Origin: Trypanosoma brucei
Taxonomy: Eukaryota
Direction: 5' to 3'
Length of the DNA: 64,000 nucleotides
Assembly: GCA_000002445.1 (NCBI GenBank)
Contig: CM000207.1
Coordinates: 608,001 to 672,000 of the forward strand
Numbering within the stretch: the first letter of the stretch is position 1; every line of letters begins with the position of its first letter. The notes beneath the pieces were generated by a model, which worked only from the letters and a program-made list of their open reading frames with translations, did no database searches and had not been told where the DNA came from. A program made the translations under genes and the position numbers. Below are positions 22,301-34,290 of the stretch, in pieces.

Positions 22301-22438
22301 ACGCTCAAGTGAGGTAAAGAAATTTTCAACCATATCTGGTAGGGAAAGAATGCTCTCTTGCACATACTGTCTGTCGTCATCTGACGCTAAAATGGGGTGA
22401 GGCAACATCTTTGCTATTCGATCACATGTTGGTCCCAT
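19367..22438 (-). CDS. receptor-like Ser/Thr protein kinase with two TM helices, a PAS-like domain, a receiver-like domain and a STE/MAP3K-like kinase domain
   Basis: The track ORF starts with TTG. The first ATG is at 22438..22436 (MGPTCDRIAKM...). Two hydrophobic helices are present (VAFILVIAIFAASVVFTLVVLVTL and VGLLVGLTAFLLVSVVSCGFLYLFV). The PAS-like segment is ITRWNMAAEVVTGFLESGCVGKPLSDL. The receiver-like segment is IDVIVCDRGW...DIIVVPISEPG. The kinase has LGRGSFGAVY, AVK, HRDVKPQNILI, DFGTA and GTLRYMAPE. Confidence 0.8.
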   Translation of the reverse strand: MGPTCDRIAKMLPHPILASDDDRQYVQESILSLPDMVENFFTSLERVYTDGKCEEAKQAFATYHSIQTIVSVLCRVPASAYRTNDEKRSIDWEIYERIKRMGHLFLGDIVVVGPQSLNWRVPVMRLAEEVAQRMRCAYVEFPFMSVLLREAVSYSSVAFILVIAIFAASVVFTLVVLVTLPTLSPSTTVGLLVGLTAFLLVSVVSCGFLYLFVTSAKALKVLHTWILEERMYTVLLSSASSEGDLSTTGPSAGAAVPQVTRGHNTKNGYYTIPYGNALGYIEGKHVDAQVVMIGFDDKYRITRWNMAAEVVTGFLESGCVGKPLSDLVITPTGDIERDLAPLQVFSGEVLKLKLRAFATVPVTLFTVAVPILNQEGSLIGRILICANAKDNLGEYRTYIRDYVVSEVNLSLSEILEGKAVTPRGLSVIGPLQSFLEYGYGKQVEELARGMLAEWEWTSSEQLLGQMLRLSPLDHKTSVDSLFPGTLCLHPCIPEAVATLLNSLRVPCHLRLQILNSSRNTFALQIVATPVAQAAPSTAQISELREKLLPHLRSTCGSIREDDGTVVFRFPCQITAALEDIDDATFRPADALNERYVIDQTRAIVNCTVNVLTLITNLVDQHNISMILLRTMFVSLTSVRERCELEKRLQSSPSDIDVIVCDRGWLNSVQDLVHSLSYDIIVVPISEPGVRLALEGFQYVINTPISSTEVRKVLMAIGTAVSLRKNAATAQEERERILTLRQDSPWTKGVLLGRGSFGAVYEATSDLTGGKMAVKMFYFTEDLEESINALLNEIKIMCSLNHPNIVHYFHCERKENSVNLFMELCCCSLGDIIYGRSQKPPDLTVIKVLRQLLTALTYLHARGVAHRDVKPQNILIKGDVVKITDFGTARQGVGSEDVQGTLRYMAPEVYRGEDHCSPCDIWSVGCVAAELFDCPPLFMETPHMLADMTDVDYYVDGLTSNPVLCDFLRMCFCLQPEGRATAADLLLHRLFSSSCSAEVESLPDIFSREKQYVSSLTITTQPHS

Positions 22439-22944
22439 TAAGAAAGGTGTAAACGCAGTGGAGATTAACAACGGAGAAAAAAAACGAACAGGGCAAAGGC
22501 AATGAGAGAAAAACCAACTACGTGTTAAGCAATATTGGGGAGGCAAGTGAAAAACAAACTGTTGTTAAAGTTACATCATGCGAGTGATTCTGGCGGCGCC
22601 ACTTGCTATTAACGCCCGCCCACCACCAAATTTAGCCGTGTAAGCGGTAATTGGTACATGACATCTACAACGAAGCCTTCACAAGGGAGGGAACTGCCAG
22701 TGGCCAGTAACGTGTCCCCAAGCTACTGACCCTTTCACCTAATATATTGGCGAGTGATCACGCGCGCTTGTACGACCACCCGAGGCAGCGATCACAAACT
22801 GAGGGCGGAACTGGACAATGCACCCCTCCATCATTCTACCAGCTGTCGAACACTTTAGCCGCACAGAGGGCAATAGCAACCCGTCTCGCCTCCAGATCCG
22901 TACCGGAATAACATTTTTGAAAGAGGCGGAAACCGTCCTCTCTT

Positions 22945-24645
22945 CTATTGCTTTTCTGTTCCCCCCCTGCTTTTGCAACTAGACTTCCGTGAAGAAGATC
23001 TCCGCTTCCTACGGCTATGGCTACGGCTACGGCTACGACTCTTTCTCTTTCTTCTCGGCTTGCCCTTTCGGCGTTTCTTCCTCGAAGGAGAACCCAGGCG
23101 CGTGCCTCTCGAACAGAGCGTAGGTCGCCGGCGGCCCATATGAGGGAACGTAGATGAAAGCTCGGGTGGTATAGGAGGACGCAGGAAGCCCATTGTCCCA
23201 AAGGAGAACCGACGTAAGTCCAGTGATGTAGGATTTACAATAGGAGGCAGGTTAGTACTGCCATTACCAAGCACATCAGCGCTTATCAGCCCATATTCTT
23301 CGCGGCGATCCACGTAGTGGTGGGTAAGTCTGTCGGAGCACGAACCGATATTGTATGTCTTATCATCGTAGCGAACAGGCAAGGTGTCTGTGTATTTGGG
23401 TACGACGGCACGCAGTGCGTCCTCGGTTACTTCATCATCATCAGAACTGTCTCCTTCTGCGACGAAAAGGTTAACCGCAGACCGGCCAACACTATATTGG
23501 CGTCTTCCCTCTCGTTTCACCCGTGGTATATTGCGAAGCAGATCATCTGGTGCAAGGCTGTCGGTAAATGGAGTTGGACTCTTCTCGCGCAGGTGATCAG
23601 CATCGTCTATGTAGTCGTCAAAAGAATCCATGCTCTCACTATCATGGTCAGCGGCTGAATGGCTGAGAAAGCGAAGGAAGTCAAACGTGTAGTTGGCAGG
23701 ATCCACAAGCCCTCGGGATTGGAGAGCCTTTACGACACCCTTGACGTCCTGCTGCACCAGAGTTTCTCCAAGTCGAACGAGCTCCCAAGCACTCTCAGAA
23801 CAGTTTTTCCTTTTGCGTACCATCAGCACAATGCATGAATTATGCCCCACAGTCGTCACTTGCACGGGAACAATTGCTAAGGGAAGTCTTTCATTTGCCT
23901 TTTTTACCGCATAATACACTCCTGTCGCTTCGCAGAGGGGCACCTCTTTCGTAAATAAAGTGGAGCACAAAGAAAAACCGGCGCACATCGACACTTTCTT
24001 CAAGTTTGCAACGACAGTATCACCAGCCACCACCTTCGGACCACCAGCAGGTTCGAGGAAGTTGTCTGAAACTTTACAAGCAGTGTCAACAGAAACCACA
24101 TCGTGCGCCCTATGCAGGAGGCCTTTATCATTCGTCATCCTTCGCCCGACGCCAACATAATCAATCTGTCTCCCATGTTCTCTAAAAAGACAAGCTGTTG
24201 TGTCGAAAAATAATAATGGTTTACCGTCCTCAGGCAAGGGACGATAAAGGGTTATCTCAAGCTCGGTGACGTGACTGCTGATGAGTGAAGATTCGCCTTC
24301 TCCAAGAACTGGAACTGGAGATATCGCCCCTTCGGGGGAGTTAGTTCCTGACTCTGACGAAGTCATCCCCGCTTTGCTCACTTTCCTGACCGAGCCGCGT
24401 CGCTTTCCACGCCTCGACCCGGTCCGAGAGCGACGAGACGAACGACGAGACGAGCGGCGTCGCCTACCCTTTGATTTACTTCTCCGGCCACCTCTACGTT
24501 TTGTTTTAGATTTACTTTTTGATCTCCTCCGCCTCTGGCGCGGGGAACCCGCTCTCGAACCTTTTCTCGTTGGTGGCCCAGTGGGAATCTTTGTCCCACT
24601 CAGCGTCCCGGCTAAGCTCCGATCCTCGTCACTACCAAGATCCAT
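22945..24645 (-). CDS. Arg/Ser-rich (RS-domain) protein with RS/RK tracts at both termini
   Basis: True ATG at 24645..24643. N-terminal RRRRSKSKSKTKRRGGRRSKSKGRRRRSSRRSSRRSRTGSRRGKRR and C-terminal RKRRKGKPRRKRKSRSRSRSHSRRKRRSSSRKS flank a unique central globular region of about 350 aa. This resembles SR-related splicing/RNA-processing factors. Confidence 0.55.
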   Translation of the reverse strand: MDLGSDEDRSLAGTLSGTKIPTGPPTRKGSRAGSPRQRRRRSKSKSKTKRRGGRRSKSKGRRRRSSRRSSRRSRTGSRRGKRRGSVRKVSKAGMTSSESGTNSPEGAISPVPVLGEGESSLISSHVTELEITLYRPLPEDGKPLLFFDTTACLFREHGRQIDYVGVGRRMTNDKGLLHRAHDVVSVDTACKVSDNFLEPAGGPKVVAGDTVVANLKKVSMCAGFSLCSTLFTKEVPLCEATGVYYAVKKANERLPLAIVPVQVTTVGHNSCIVLMVRKRKNCSESAWELVRLGETLVQQDVKGVVKALQSRGLVDPANYTFDFLRFLSHSAADHDSESMDSFDDYIDDADHLREKSPTPFTDSLAPDDLLRNIPRVKREGRRQYSVGRSAVNLFVAEGDSSDDDEVTEDALRAVVPKYTDTLPVRYDDKTYNIGSCSDRLTHHYVDRREEYGLISADVLGNGSTNLPPIVNPTSLDLRRFSFGTMGFLRPPIPPELSSTFPHMGRRRPTLCSRGTRLGSPSRKKRRKGKPRRKRKSRSRSRSHSRRKRRSSSRKSSCKSRGGTEKQ

Positions 24646-25250
24646 TCCCTAAAAAATCACTAAACAAAGAGGGGGTCACGACGTATATGTGCACCCAGAG
24701 AAAGTAACACAGTCACAACCCCAGTAAAATATCGTAGTGTGAGCAATACAACTGGTTTTTAAAAAAAACGAAGCCTCGAGGGCTCAGCTCGTCCGTCCCT
24801 ACAAAAACAACATGCGCTAAGACAAGAGAACTTTTGCTTAGCCACGGCGAACAAGAAGTTGCTGAAGTTCACATAACACAACCGGAAAAAGCAAAAGTGA
24901 AAAAAAGTGGTAACAAAAAAACGGAAAAAATAAATACAAAAAATGGGTAAACTTTCCATGAACCGTAAGCACGAACTACACATAATTGAGCATACAAAAT
25001 AAACATATGCATTATAAACACCTGGAACAAAATAAACAGCAGTGCAAGACACCGGCTAAGCACCATGACCTTGTGATCATATGCAGCAAGGGTGAACTTC
25101 GGGTACTTTCCTCCCCCCCCAAAAAAAAAGCCCCTTAACCCATAATCATGTCAACTTACACAACAAAGAAAAAAATCATCAAATATTAAAAACCGAACGA
25201 AGCAAAATTAAACGTAAAAACAAGTAAGCGATTTTTAAAAAAAGGGTGCA

Positions 25251-25253
<3 letters not shown>

Positions 25254-25282
<29 letters not shown>
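25254..25282. repeat. (TA)n microsatellite
   Basis: aaaatatatatatatatatatatatatatatac, read directly from the sequence. Confidence 0.9.
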
Positions 25283-25286
<4 letters not shown>

Positions 25287-26722
25287 CATACAGTGATAGC
25301 TGATCGTGAGAAGATGCACGGAGGTTTGATAACGACTCATTTTAAAACAATGGCGTACATGGGGGAAATATTTAAGTTCGTTTGTTTTTGTTTTTTTTTT
25401 TTAAACAGGCACATAACCGCCTTTCGTGGAGAATTTTCGGTGTCCACGAGTAGCCATGCCAATAAACCAAGTAAATTTCTTAACTACAGCTTGCCGAGAG
25501 CGAGCGTCTTATCGCTGGAGTCCACAATCGTAAAAATATTCATCACACGTCATACATAAATGGGAAAGAAAAAAACATTAAAATGTAACGTGGCGATGGG
25601 AAAACAAGAATTTTATCCACACAACCTTATGGCTCCACTATTTTCCCCCTCCCCAGCCTCGCGCACAAAATCCTACCAAATTGTCGCTGGTTACATTCTT
25701 CACCCGAAATGAAATGAGCATGTCCTGCATCCAATGAGAGAGTGAGTGAATGGAAGAAGGTCTGTTTTAAAAAGGGGGGGAGGAAGTCGCTCTTCAACAA
25801 GAAAACATGCTCGCCTTCTGCAATCACCATTTAACAAACATGGTTGAAGCAAACGAACCATCTTCCAAAACACTCGTTTTCTAGCTAATAACTACGTATA
25901 TGTATATTATAACTAAATTGACAAATATTCGTATTTGTATATAAACAACGACAACAACACCAATAATAATAATGGTGATAGCAATTGAAAATGTGCACCT
26001 CATTCCCTTAATTGAACACTTCCGTTGAAGCAGTAAATTAAAGGGAAACACAAAGCATTATAATGATCCCACGTTGAGTCCGAGTGGTGCGATTATGTGT
26101 CATTAAAGCGAATATTCCGTGGAAAGAACGGGTCTCAGCAACAGCATCACCTCGTCAGATCAGTATCCACTACCACAGTTCATTATATCATTTAATTTTT
26201 GCAGCATATCAGGTACCGACACTAGTTCTGGCATGTCAAAAACTGCAATAAAAGGGAAATGGCTAGCACAACTGCTCTCAGCCGGAGTTACCCTCAGTCA
26301 CAACAACCCATATAACTAAGCATTTTTATCCTACACTACCAAAGATAGTAAAATAAACAACAATGCTTGACAATGTTTTTACCCAATAAAAAAAAAAGGT
26401 CAGCTGGTGACAAAAGGATAGAAAAGTTAGAGTAAAACAGATACACCGAGAAGAAACATAGCGCACATTCCAAACGCGACAATTATGTTTCGCCCACCCA
26501 GAGAAAACGTATGTATTGTTCCACAACCCTCCGCTACGGTAAGGGGTAAAAGATATATATGTATGTGTCAACAAAACAGGCTAACAAAACGACGGAATAC
26601 AGTCCTTTACATCAACTCAACCCATTGGGTGTTATACTAGTATTGGCTATGGTCCTACTTTAAAACAATCAAAAAAATAAAAAATGGAAGTAATAACCCC
26701 ATCCGTGAAGATACTAAAGCTA

Positions 26723-27313
26723 CTAGTTACTGATTTTGTTCCCATCCTTGAAAATCTCAGGTCGTTCAATGACAGCAGGTGTCTGGAACACATGATCTGG
26801 TATCTCCGCTCCACGATAAAGCGATTCGAGAAGCGAGGCGGCACCTCGGGGAGTGGCCTCCCACTTCATGGTCTCCAGAAGGGACTTTGCCAAAAAATCC
26901 ACGAGCTCAATGTGTGGTATAACCACCTTTGCATAATCGTCATCAGGGTCAGCAAATGCCTCGAGGTGGTGTCCATCCATCTCAACAGTAAGTTGTCCAC
27001 CTTTGTCATCAAGGATTGGGTAAGCTGTGAGGCTGTAACACTTCAATAGTCGATGTGGGTCACCCAAGTGAGGTGGAAGAAACACCCGAATGTATGTCTT
27101 GTTTTCTTTGGCAACTTCACCTAATCGACGCAGAACATCGGCATCACGAGGATCCATCGTCGAGGCGTACTGACTTCTGATGCGGTCATTTACTTCGGGC
27201 TTGCGAAGCATGCAGCTGAAAATTGTGTCCAACGCCGCATTATCCCAACCTTTCCCAAAGAAGTTACGACTCAAAGGCACAGTTGCCAAAAATGGTGTGA
27301 CAAAGCGCTTCAT
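26723..27313 (-). CDS. conserved hypothetical protein (196 aa), possibly organellar
   Basis: True ATG at 27313..27311. The N-terminus MKRFVTPFLATVPLSRNFF is basic and hydroxylated like a mitochondrial presequence. It is the first gene of the minus-strand cluster next to the strand-switch region. No family recognised. Confidence 0.5.
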   Translation of the reverse strand: MKRFVTPFLATVPLSRNFFGKGWDNAALDTIFSCMLRKPEVNDRIRSQYASTMDPRDADVLRRLGEVAKENKTYIRVFLPPHLGDPHRLLKCYSLTAYPILDDKGGQLTVEMDGHHLEAFADPDDDYAKVVIPHIELVDFLAKSLLETMKWEATPRGAASLLESLYRGAEIPDHVFQTPAVIERPEIFKDGNKISN

Positions 27314-28293
27314 CTAAAACAATAGATCGTTCTATTATCTCTTCAACTTATCTGCTCGTTTGAATTGGGCGATCAAAAAAATACAGAAGATGTTTAGAAC
27401 GGTAAAAATAGGGGTTTACAAAAAAAAATCTCATCGGGAACAGGAAAATGATTTTAAACCAAAGAAAACTCTCGCCTTAACCCTCAATATTTTTATTAGT
27501 CGTTAAAAGGTCAAACGGCATTTTCGGTACCTAAATATTCCATGTAAGTAGATAGACAAGAGCCACCGTGCGATACTGACACCGCCTCAAACCATAAATA
27601 AAGCGGCGAGGGAAAACAACCCGACAATAGATGATGGGACCGACAGAAGACATATTTCGGGAACATATTGTTCCATCCAATTGAGGGGGAACAAGCAACG
27701 AAAGCGTTTTGATTAAATCCTATCTCTGCTTAAGTGTTACCTTACATTGACAACAAGTTCTTCTTTGTATCAACGACCACAGCACCAATAGTGAAACAGG
27801 AAGCGCAGATGCTTTCTATTATGTTCAAATATGTATATATATACATATATATACATATATACATGTAGTTATTGACAGTGTTTTCCAATAGTGTTGATAA
27901 GTGTGCTCTCGACTTTGAAACAATAATTTCACTCAACCGAAAACTACGAGAAATCAACGTAGTGTCGTATCACTAACAAAAAACTTAAGGTGAAAAAGTG
28001 CAAGAATAGTGCTAACGCACAGGAAAATCTGAGTGGAGCATTAGAATAATTCCACCATCAACAAACTGAGCATTACTACCCCCAAGACGTTCTTGGTTGA
28101 AATTTACACTCCGAAAAAAATCGTCAATTATGCATCAACTCTTTCCTCACAAAGTACGGTACCTTCAAGGCAACGCGACGTTGAAAGTTAATAAAGCTCA
28201 TGGAACCCATACATCAACCACATGTGCATAAAGCAAAAACATCTTTTTCCTTCAAAACAAGAAATTAGGCCACAAAACTTAAAGATCATTCAA

Positions 28294-28304
28294 CCCCCCC
28301 CCCC
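28294..28304 (-). repeat. G11 homopolymer on the minus strand (C11 on plus) at the minus-cluster edge of the strand-switch region
   Basis: caaccccccccccctcag, followed by G7 at 28328-28334. Read directly. Confidence 0.85.
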
Positions 28305-31300
28305 TCAGTCAGGAGCTCAACACCACAGGGGGGGTACTCATCTCCCACATCATCGATGTTACGATTACCCTCTAAATAAATCCACATAATGTGGCAAAAA
28401 AAACCCTTCTACATAGACTAGAAACGTAAGCAGGTAACGGGAAACAATACTAAGAACATCCTTTGTAAGGAAAAGGAAAACGCAAACATCCCATAGACAA
28501 GAGCCAGGAATCACTGCGTATTTATTAGCATCCCGTGGGCACCCACAAACTGTACGCCGCAAGCAGTAAATTCCACATAATTAAGGTCAAAGTAATGTCA
28601 CTGTAGCGTCAGCTGCACCTTGCTTACCCTTTTAGGTGCCGCCAATAAGCATACCACTTGGACTACCAGACGATGAAAAGTTAGGTGCCCGCCGGCAAAC
28701 CAATACCAAAAATTAATAACAGTAATGATAACTTTCATAAGGGTGGGACCATGTTGTAGGTATGGACGGCATGCCCCACATGGCAACAAGTGAATATACA
28801 CCAACGCCAAATACCAAATGCACAACCTCAAGTTATCATCAAAGAAAAATATTAATATGGGCGGGAAATGACCAGCCTGACATGGGTTGCACTGGCCAGA
28901 GCGCCTCACCAACCAGTCAAAAGGCATATGGCGGGGGCAAGACACTTTCTATCTGTTACTACCCGAATATGCTCACAAAAGCAATGACATCACACAGAGC
29001 CACACTCTCTCTCTCTCGCCCTCCTTGTCTCGGTTGAAGGAGAAGCGTAGCGGGCCGTACCACCTTAGCCGTTCCACGAATCACCTAAGCCAATCCATCA
29101 CAGCATTCAACTCCACACAACATGTAACTCCGGTTCAGATTATACGTACGCAACCCCACCCCAACCCGCTCATCACATAAATTTAAAATATTGCGGTGCA
29201 TCCTCGCCTCGGTTTCTCGAACAAAAACAAGCAACATCCGCAAAAACTAAACAAAGTAGAGGGACCAAATATGAAAAGGCATAGAATGCGTCGACCCTCA
29301 GCAGCCGTCTCGAAACTGTTGGTGCCGCACCACACACCACAACAACTGCAGCAACAACAACCGCATTCGCTACCCATGGGATAAGAGGGGGGAAATGAGC
29401 AGGTGGGAGCGTGTTCAGGAAATTCTCCACGGCGAGGTAGCCCCTGAGTAGCGACAACCCGAAGCAGAAAGACTTGGGAAGGGGTGGTCGAGCCACAGCA
29501 GTGGCAACCAATCGACGCGCACCGCCAGCATACGCCAGACGGGGAAAGGACTCCCACGCCACCCCGCATTACAAGCAGCGCCGCCACCACAGCGCCGCAG
29601 AAAATAAGGTAAAGTCAGGGGGGAAAACACTCCAACCAGCAACGCGGTACAAATTCCCATACCTTTACCCATGCAGGAGTCGCCAACGTGCCTCAACCCC
29701 CAATACCCCTCGTCAGGAATAGATTGAAATGGAAGAGTATGAAAATAATCTGTCGCGTGACGTCCAACAGTAGCGTTACGGTTCAAGAATGGACACCAGA
29801 ACCCCCTACCACGCAGTTGTGCCAAACACCCAACAAAAAACACAGTCCGGACGAAGTCACCTCGCACCGGCCATATGGAGGTGAGTCCCAGGCCTGCCCC
29901 GCCCAGCACTAAGCACAATGCTGCCCATCTCTCTTATACAGAACGAACAAGGTCAAAAAATGTGCAAACTGCGAAAAAAGCCATCTTCTCTACACCGAAA
30001 GGGCAAATTTCAACCGGTGGAAGAAAAACGACCCCATCCACCCCTCACAAGAGCACCGGCTGCCGGCTGTGACTCAAAGAGAAAAGGAATGCCCATCCTC
30101 TTTCTTGAACACACGGCGATAGTACTTACGTTGCGGCGTTTCGCCGCAAAAAACTTATCCGCACGTCACAGCACACAGCGCAGTTTCCCCGTCCCACATT
30201 CACATCCGGCCGCTTCCCTGCGCCCCAAAAAGGTTATCGCGGGACGACCGGACGACACCTACCCCTTGGTGTGCGCTAAGCCCGTCCCCTCAGTTGACGA
30301 CAGAGATTCTGCACTTTATTGGCGCGCGTTTGGTATCTGCAACGACAAAAAACGTGGTGGGGAACCCCCACCGCAATATTCATCAAAAAAAAAAAAAGCT
30401 GGCGTTGTACGCGACACAACTTGCTAATGGAACTACCCTGTTGCAAACCGAGTGCCACGGGCCACTAAGGACAATGAACGCCACACAACGTTATTTACTG
30501 TTTTGGTGTGTGCCGCAACTCCGAAGAGCCACCAATTTCACTGCAAATATCCTTAAGAGAATCATATCCGTGGAAACACGATAACTTGGGGAAGCCGAAA
30601 CTCATCACACAGGAGAAACTTGGAAATACTAAGGACTAGAGAAATACCCACAGCCATACCGACGCACAGCTGCAACAGTCATTCATGATGGACCGCCCGC
30701 CGCAGCCCGGTGGGTAGAACAATATCGGGGACCCTTGTTCCGTGACAATGGGGTTGGCCAAAATGGAGAATGAGACGGATGCTTCCGCAAGTAATATTGA
30801 GCGGAAACGCCATGCAGCACAGAGGCGAACGTCTTTATATGGCGGTGCTCGACTCCAACGGTGTCAAGAGAAACGTTACAAAATGAGTATATCCAATAAA
30901 AACGGCCTGAAACGTCAGCGGCCGAGTTTAGTACAGTGCTTCCAGGCAGCGACCGCCGGATTTGGAAACAGAACAACGAGGCAACACCATTCCACGCACC
31001 AGTTAGTGATGGCCTGCGCCACGATGCCATCAAAACGCTACAAACACGTACTGCGGGTATACCGAAGGGTAAAAACACTACTGGAATAAGATAATGGAAA
31101 AGGGTTAGTTCCTGTTGAAAACGAACAGCATAAATTCGTGCTAAGACTCTTGAGAACCCCCAGTAGTTCCTAATTCCCAACCCTTCTTGACGACAAACTT
31201 GGTGTGAGAATCACATCGCACCGAGGGAGAAGATGGGCAATTACTCCATAACTCCGAATATATCTGAAGGGTTAAATCCTGTCCCATCTCCTTCCCCGCC

Positions 31301-33599
31301 CGACACTGACCATTTCAAAGGTGATAGAAAGAGAAAACTGTGAGAACATATGGCGACAGGTGAAACGGTGAAAGTCCAAGCGGGGGTTTAGCCACGCCAT
31401 CCTCTTTATTGTTTGTTCCAAATCACCTCAAACAGCGAGCTAAATGAGGGGTGCGCAACAAATTCGCAAACATGGTGCATCAAGCTCACCTACTCTCTAC
31501 ACCGCCTTCTTTCCAACAGATCAAGTGGCAGCAGCTCAATTGGACGAATCTCCCCGACTCCAACAAGTATAGTTTAACAAAGGTTAAACAAAAAGCACAA
31601 TCCCAAAACTCTGCTGTTACTAGCCGCAACTGCTTTCTTTCCCAACCTACGTCCCCTACTGCGGAACTAAATCACCAAAATAGTTTCCTCCCTAACACCC
31701 AAGCGATAAGGAGCAAGGCTGCTAATGAATATGCGCCACGGAATGAGCGCCGCACCTACGAATAGGACACGTAAACACATTGGTAGACTCAAAAAAAAAA
31801 AAAGAGGCATATATAGTCCAGAAAATCCTTTCGAGCTACTGCGACCCTGACAAGCTCCGACAACCACGTCAAAGCAAAACTATATTCCTCTCGTCACCTA
31901 TTGACAATCCGAGGTTTGTAGCGTTCTGTTCACATCAGGAAAAAGAATATGGTCCTGCACTATTCAAAACGAAAAAGAGAAGGCTACTACCGACAAGGCT
32001 CCTCAGATTGAGAACTCCTTTCTCGACAGTGTGGGATTCAATAGCCCGAGCACTGCGTGCACCCCGACTCGGAGCGGCAGGGAAACGATCATGCAGGGAA
32101 TCGAGCACCGCCACATTTTCCCTCATTTTTTTGGAAGAATGCGGTGGGGTCACGACGGCAAGTAACCAACATGATCACAGGCGTGACGGGTGGAGAGAGC
32201 GGGGAAGATGCGGTTGAGTTGGCTCAGCTGATCATCGTTAGGGGTGTAGTTTGCAAGAGGGGAGTGGAATGTTACCTGAAATGGGAAGCCGTCGATTAAA
32301 CATTCAGTGAAGTCATAAGAAAAGCCGGACCTTCTGGACTACCCTATGCATAATGAGTTGGATGCTGCCAAGTGTTAGTGTAACAAAGTGGGGAAGACTT
32401 ACCGCAAAAGGAAAGCTTGGTGTGGATCGTTTTCGGGGTTGCAAGCACGGCCCTATCCCTCGAGTGGGCTGAGGGAAGATGCGCCGTGCGAAGAGAAAAA
32501 TAGAGGTGTCCGTTGCCATCCACCACCAAACCTGAACAGAAGGTTCTGCTGAATTGGATATGCCGAGCGGTGGAGAAACTTTCATATTTGATAAGGCAGA
32601 AAGACGGCTGAGTTACGCAGAAGGATCGGTAAGCTGCCACGTGACTTCCGAGGGGGGAGGGCTGCAATGAAGATTGTGCTTGAAAGGCCTCTAAGAGAAA
32701 CGGCATACAAGGCAAAGGGTGGGGTCCGGGTTAGAGACGTTCAACAAATTCGAACCGTCCCTCTTTTCTTTAAAGGCGGAACCAACACGTATAAAAGGTT
32801 ACGTCCTTCGCCCTATATGGAGAAGGGATCGGTGCAGCTCGTTAGGAATATGCCCCTATAAGTGCATTATGTTTTCTATTGCTCTAATTTTTATTGAAAC
32901 TAATTACCCGGCTACGGGGGCGGGTCTACAACCGGAACACCCTCCGTGCGGCACTAATACCGTGATATAGTTGTCGATTCAAAAGGCATCAGCGGTGAAT
33001 ACTTCAATTTTAACGCAGCAGTTTGAGGGCCGTCACGCACGGTATCAACGCTTTCTCTCATACCCCTTCTGCTAGGAAAGATATGGAAGCGGCGCGGAGA
33101 CAAGAGAAATTTCCCGCTTGGTTTTTCTTCTGGCGCAACGAAACGGTTCGGATGATATCTAGGATGGCTGAGCAACTGCATCAACCGAATGAGAGACGCG
33201 GTTGGTGCAGAATAGAGCAAATAATGAGGAGTCGCCGCCCCCTACACACACACACACATAATGTGAAGTTTAGTCGGAACAGCTCATACCTCGCGTGGTG
33301 GATAAACGTTTGGCGCCCAGTGATACGCCCGGGCAGTGATGCGGTATCGTTCCAGCGATTAACGTGGGTTGCTCATGCGACGGGGAAAAAAATCTGTAGA
33401 AAGGGTTGGACAAGGAACGAGTTGGAAAAACGCCTCAGAACGCGATGGGAATGTCGGGGATTGTGCATATCCTTTGTATGCGCGTGACTGTCCAGGACGC
33501 CCAAACACCCGAGAGTGCGCGCCATCAAACACAGAGGGGCGCTGCTATCCGAAACGAGCGACACCCAATGCGTGCACGTGTGGTTGTGTGGGAGAGCGC

Positions 33600-33615
33600 G
33601 GGGGGGGGGGGGGGG
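33600..33615 (+). repeat. G16 homopolymer
   Basis: gcgcgggggggggggggggggagtgg, read directly. It lies about 770 bp upstream of the first plus-strand gene. Confidence 0.85.
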
Positions 33616-33795
33616 AGTGGTGGGCTCGATGGCTGAAAGATACGGCTAATACGATGGTGCCCGATGTCTGCGGTGTCTGAAAACGCGTTTTATAGCAGTC
33701 CAACCAGGGGTGTGTATGGCGCACAAGGATTGAGGAGGAGAGTCAGCAGTAGGAACGCAATCGCAGGTAATGGCAGGAGGGGGTGCGTGTGTGTT

Positions 33796-33808
33796 GGGGG
33801 GGGGGGGG
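33796..33808 (+). repeat. G13 homopolymer
   Basis: gtgttgggggggggggggcagtg, read directly. Confidence 0.85.
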
Positions 33809-34260
33809 CAGTGCGGTGGTGATGTATTGCCGAGGTCGGTGCATTTTATGCCGGTGCTGGCAGTTGTTAGTGAATAAGAACGCTGGGACATAGTTCTGTG
33901 GGCCTTATTCGGTAGGGTACAGTCTTTTTTTCTTGTTGTCATGCCTATGTGTGGGGAAGTGGGGATGCGGGTCAGCACCGTGGTTTATGTGACTCTTGTT
34001 GCTGTGCCCTCGCTCGTTGATGCATTTCACCATCAGCTTTACAGATGTGTGCGCTTCTTACGTTAATGGATGCTGACGTCGGCATTTTTTTTTTTGATGC
34101 TATTGATGGGTTTGGTAAAGTGTTACCTGGAGATTGTAGAAACTTGCGGGCGGTCAGGTGTAATTTTTTTAAATCGGTCCCTTCCATGTGAAATGACTAA
34201 GTGTTGTGTTCACTACTGGCAAGGTATGATTTCCTGGACTCAACTTTAACGTTTAGAATG

Positions 34261-34290
34261 GTTTGTCATTTTTTTCCTCGTTTTTTTGTA
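34261..34290 (+). promoter_or_regulatory. polypyrimidine tract; candidate trans-splicing signal upstream of the first plus-strand gene
   Basis: tttttttcctcgtttttttgtacaactgcc, with AG dinucleotides downstream before the ATG at 34371. Inferred from general trypanosomatid mRNA processing. Confidence 0.4.

Noticed and set aside
29173-30584. Cluster of overlapping 60-170-aa ORFs on both strands in the GC-rich centre of the strand-switch region
   Set aside because: Mutually overlapping in multiple frames, Arg/Pro/Gly/Ala-rich, with no motifs. This is typical of ORF inflation in GC-rich non-coding DNA. A degenerate retroelement cannot be excluded without a search.
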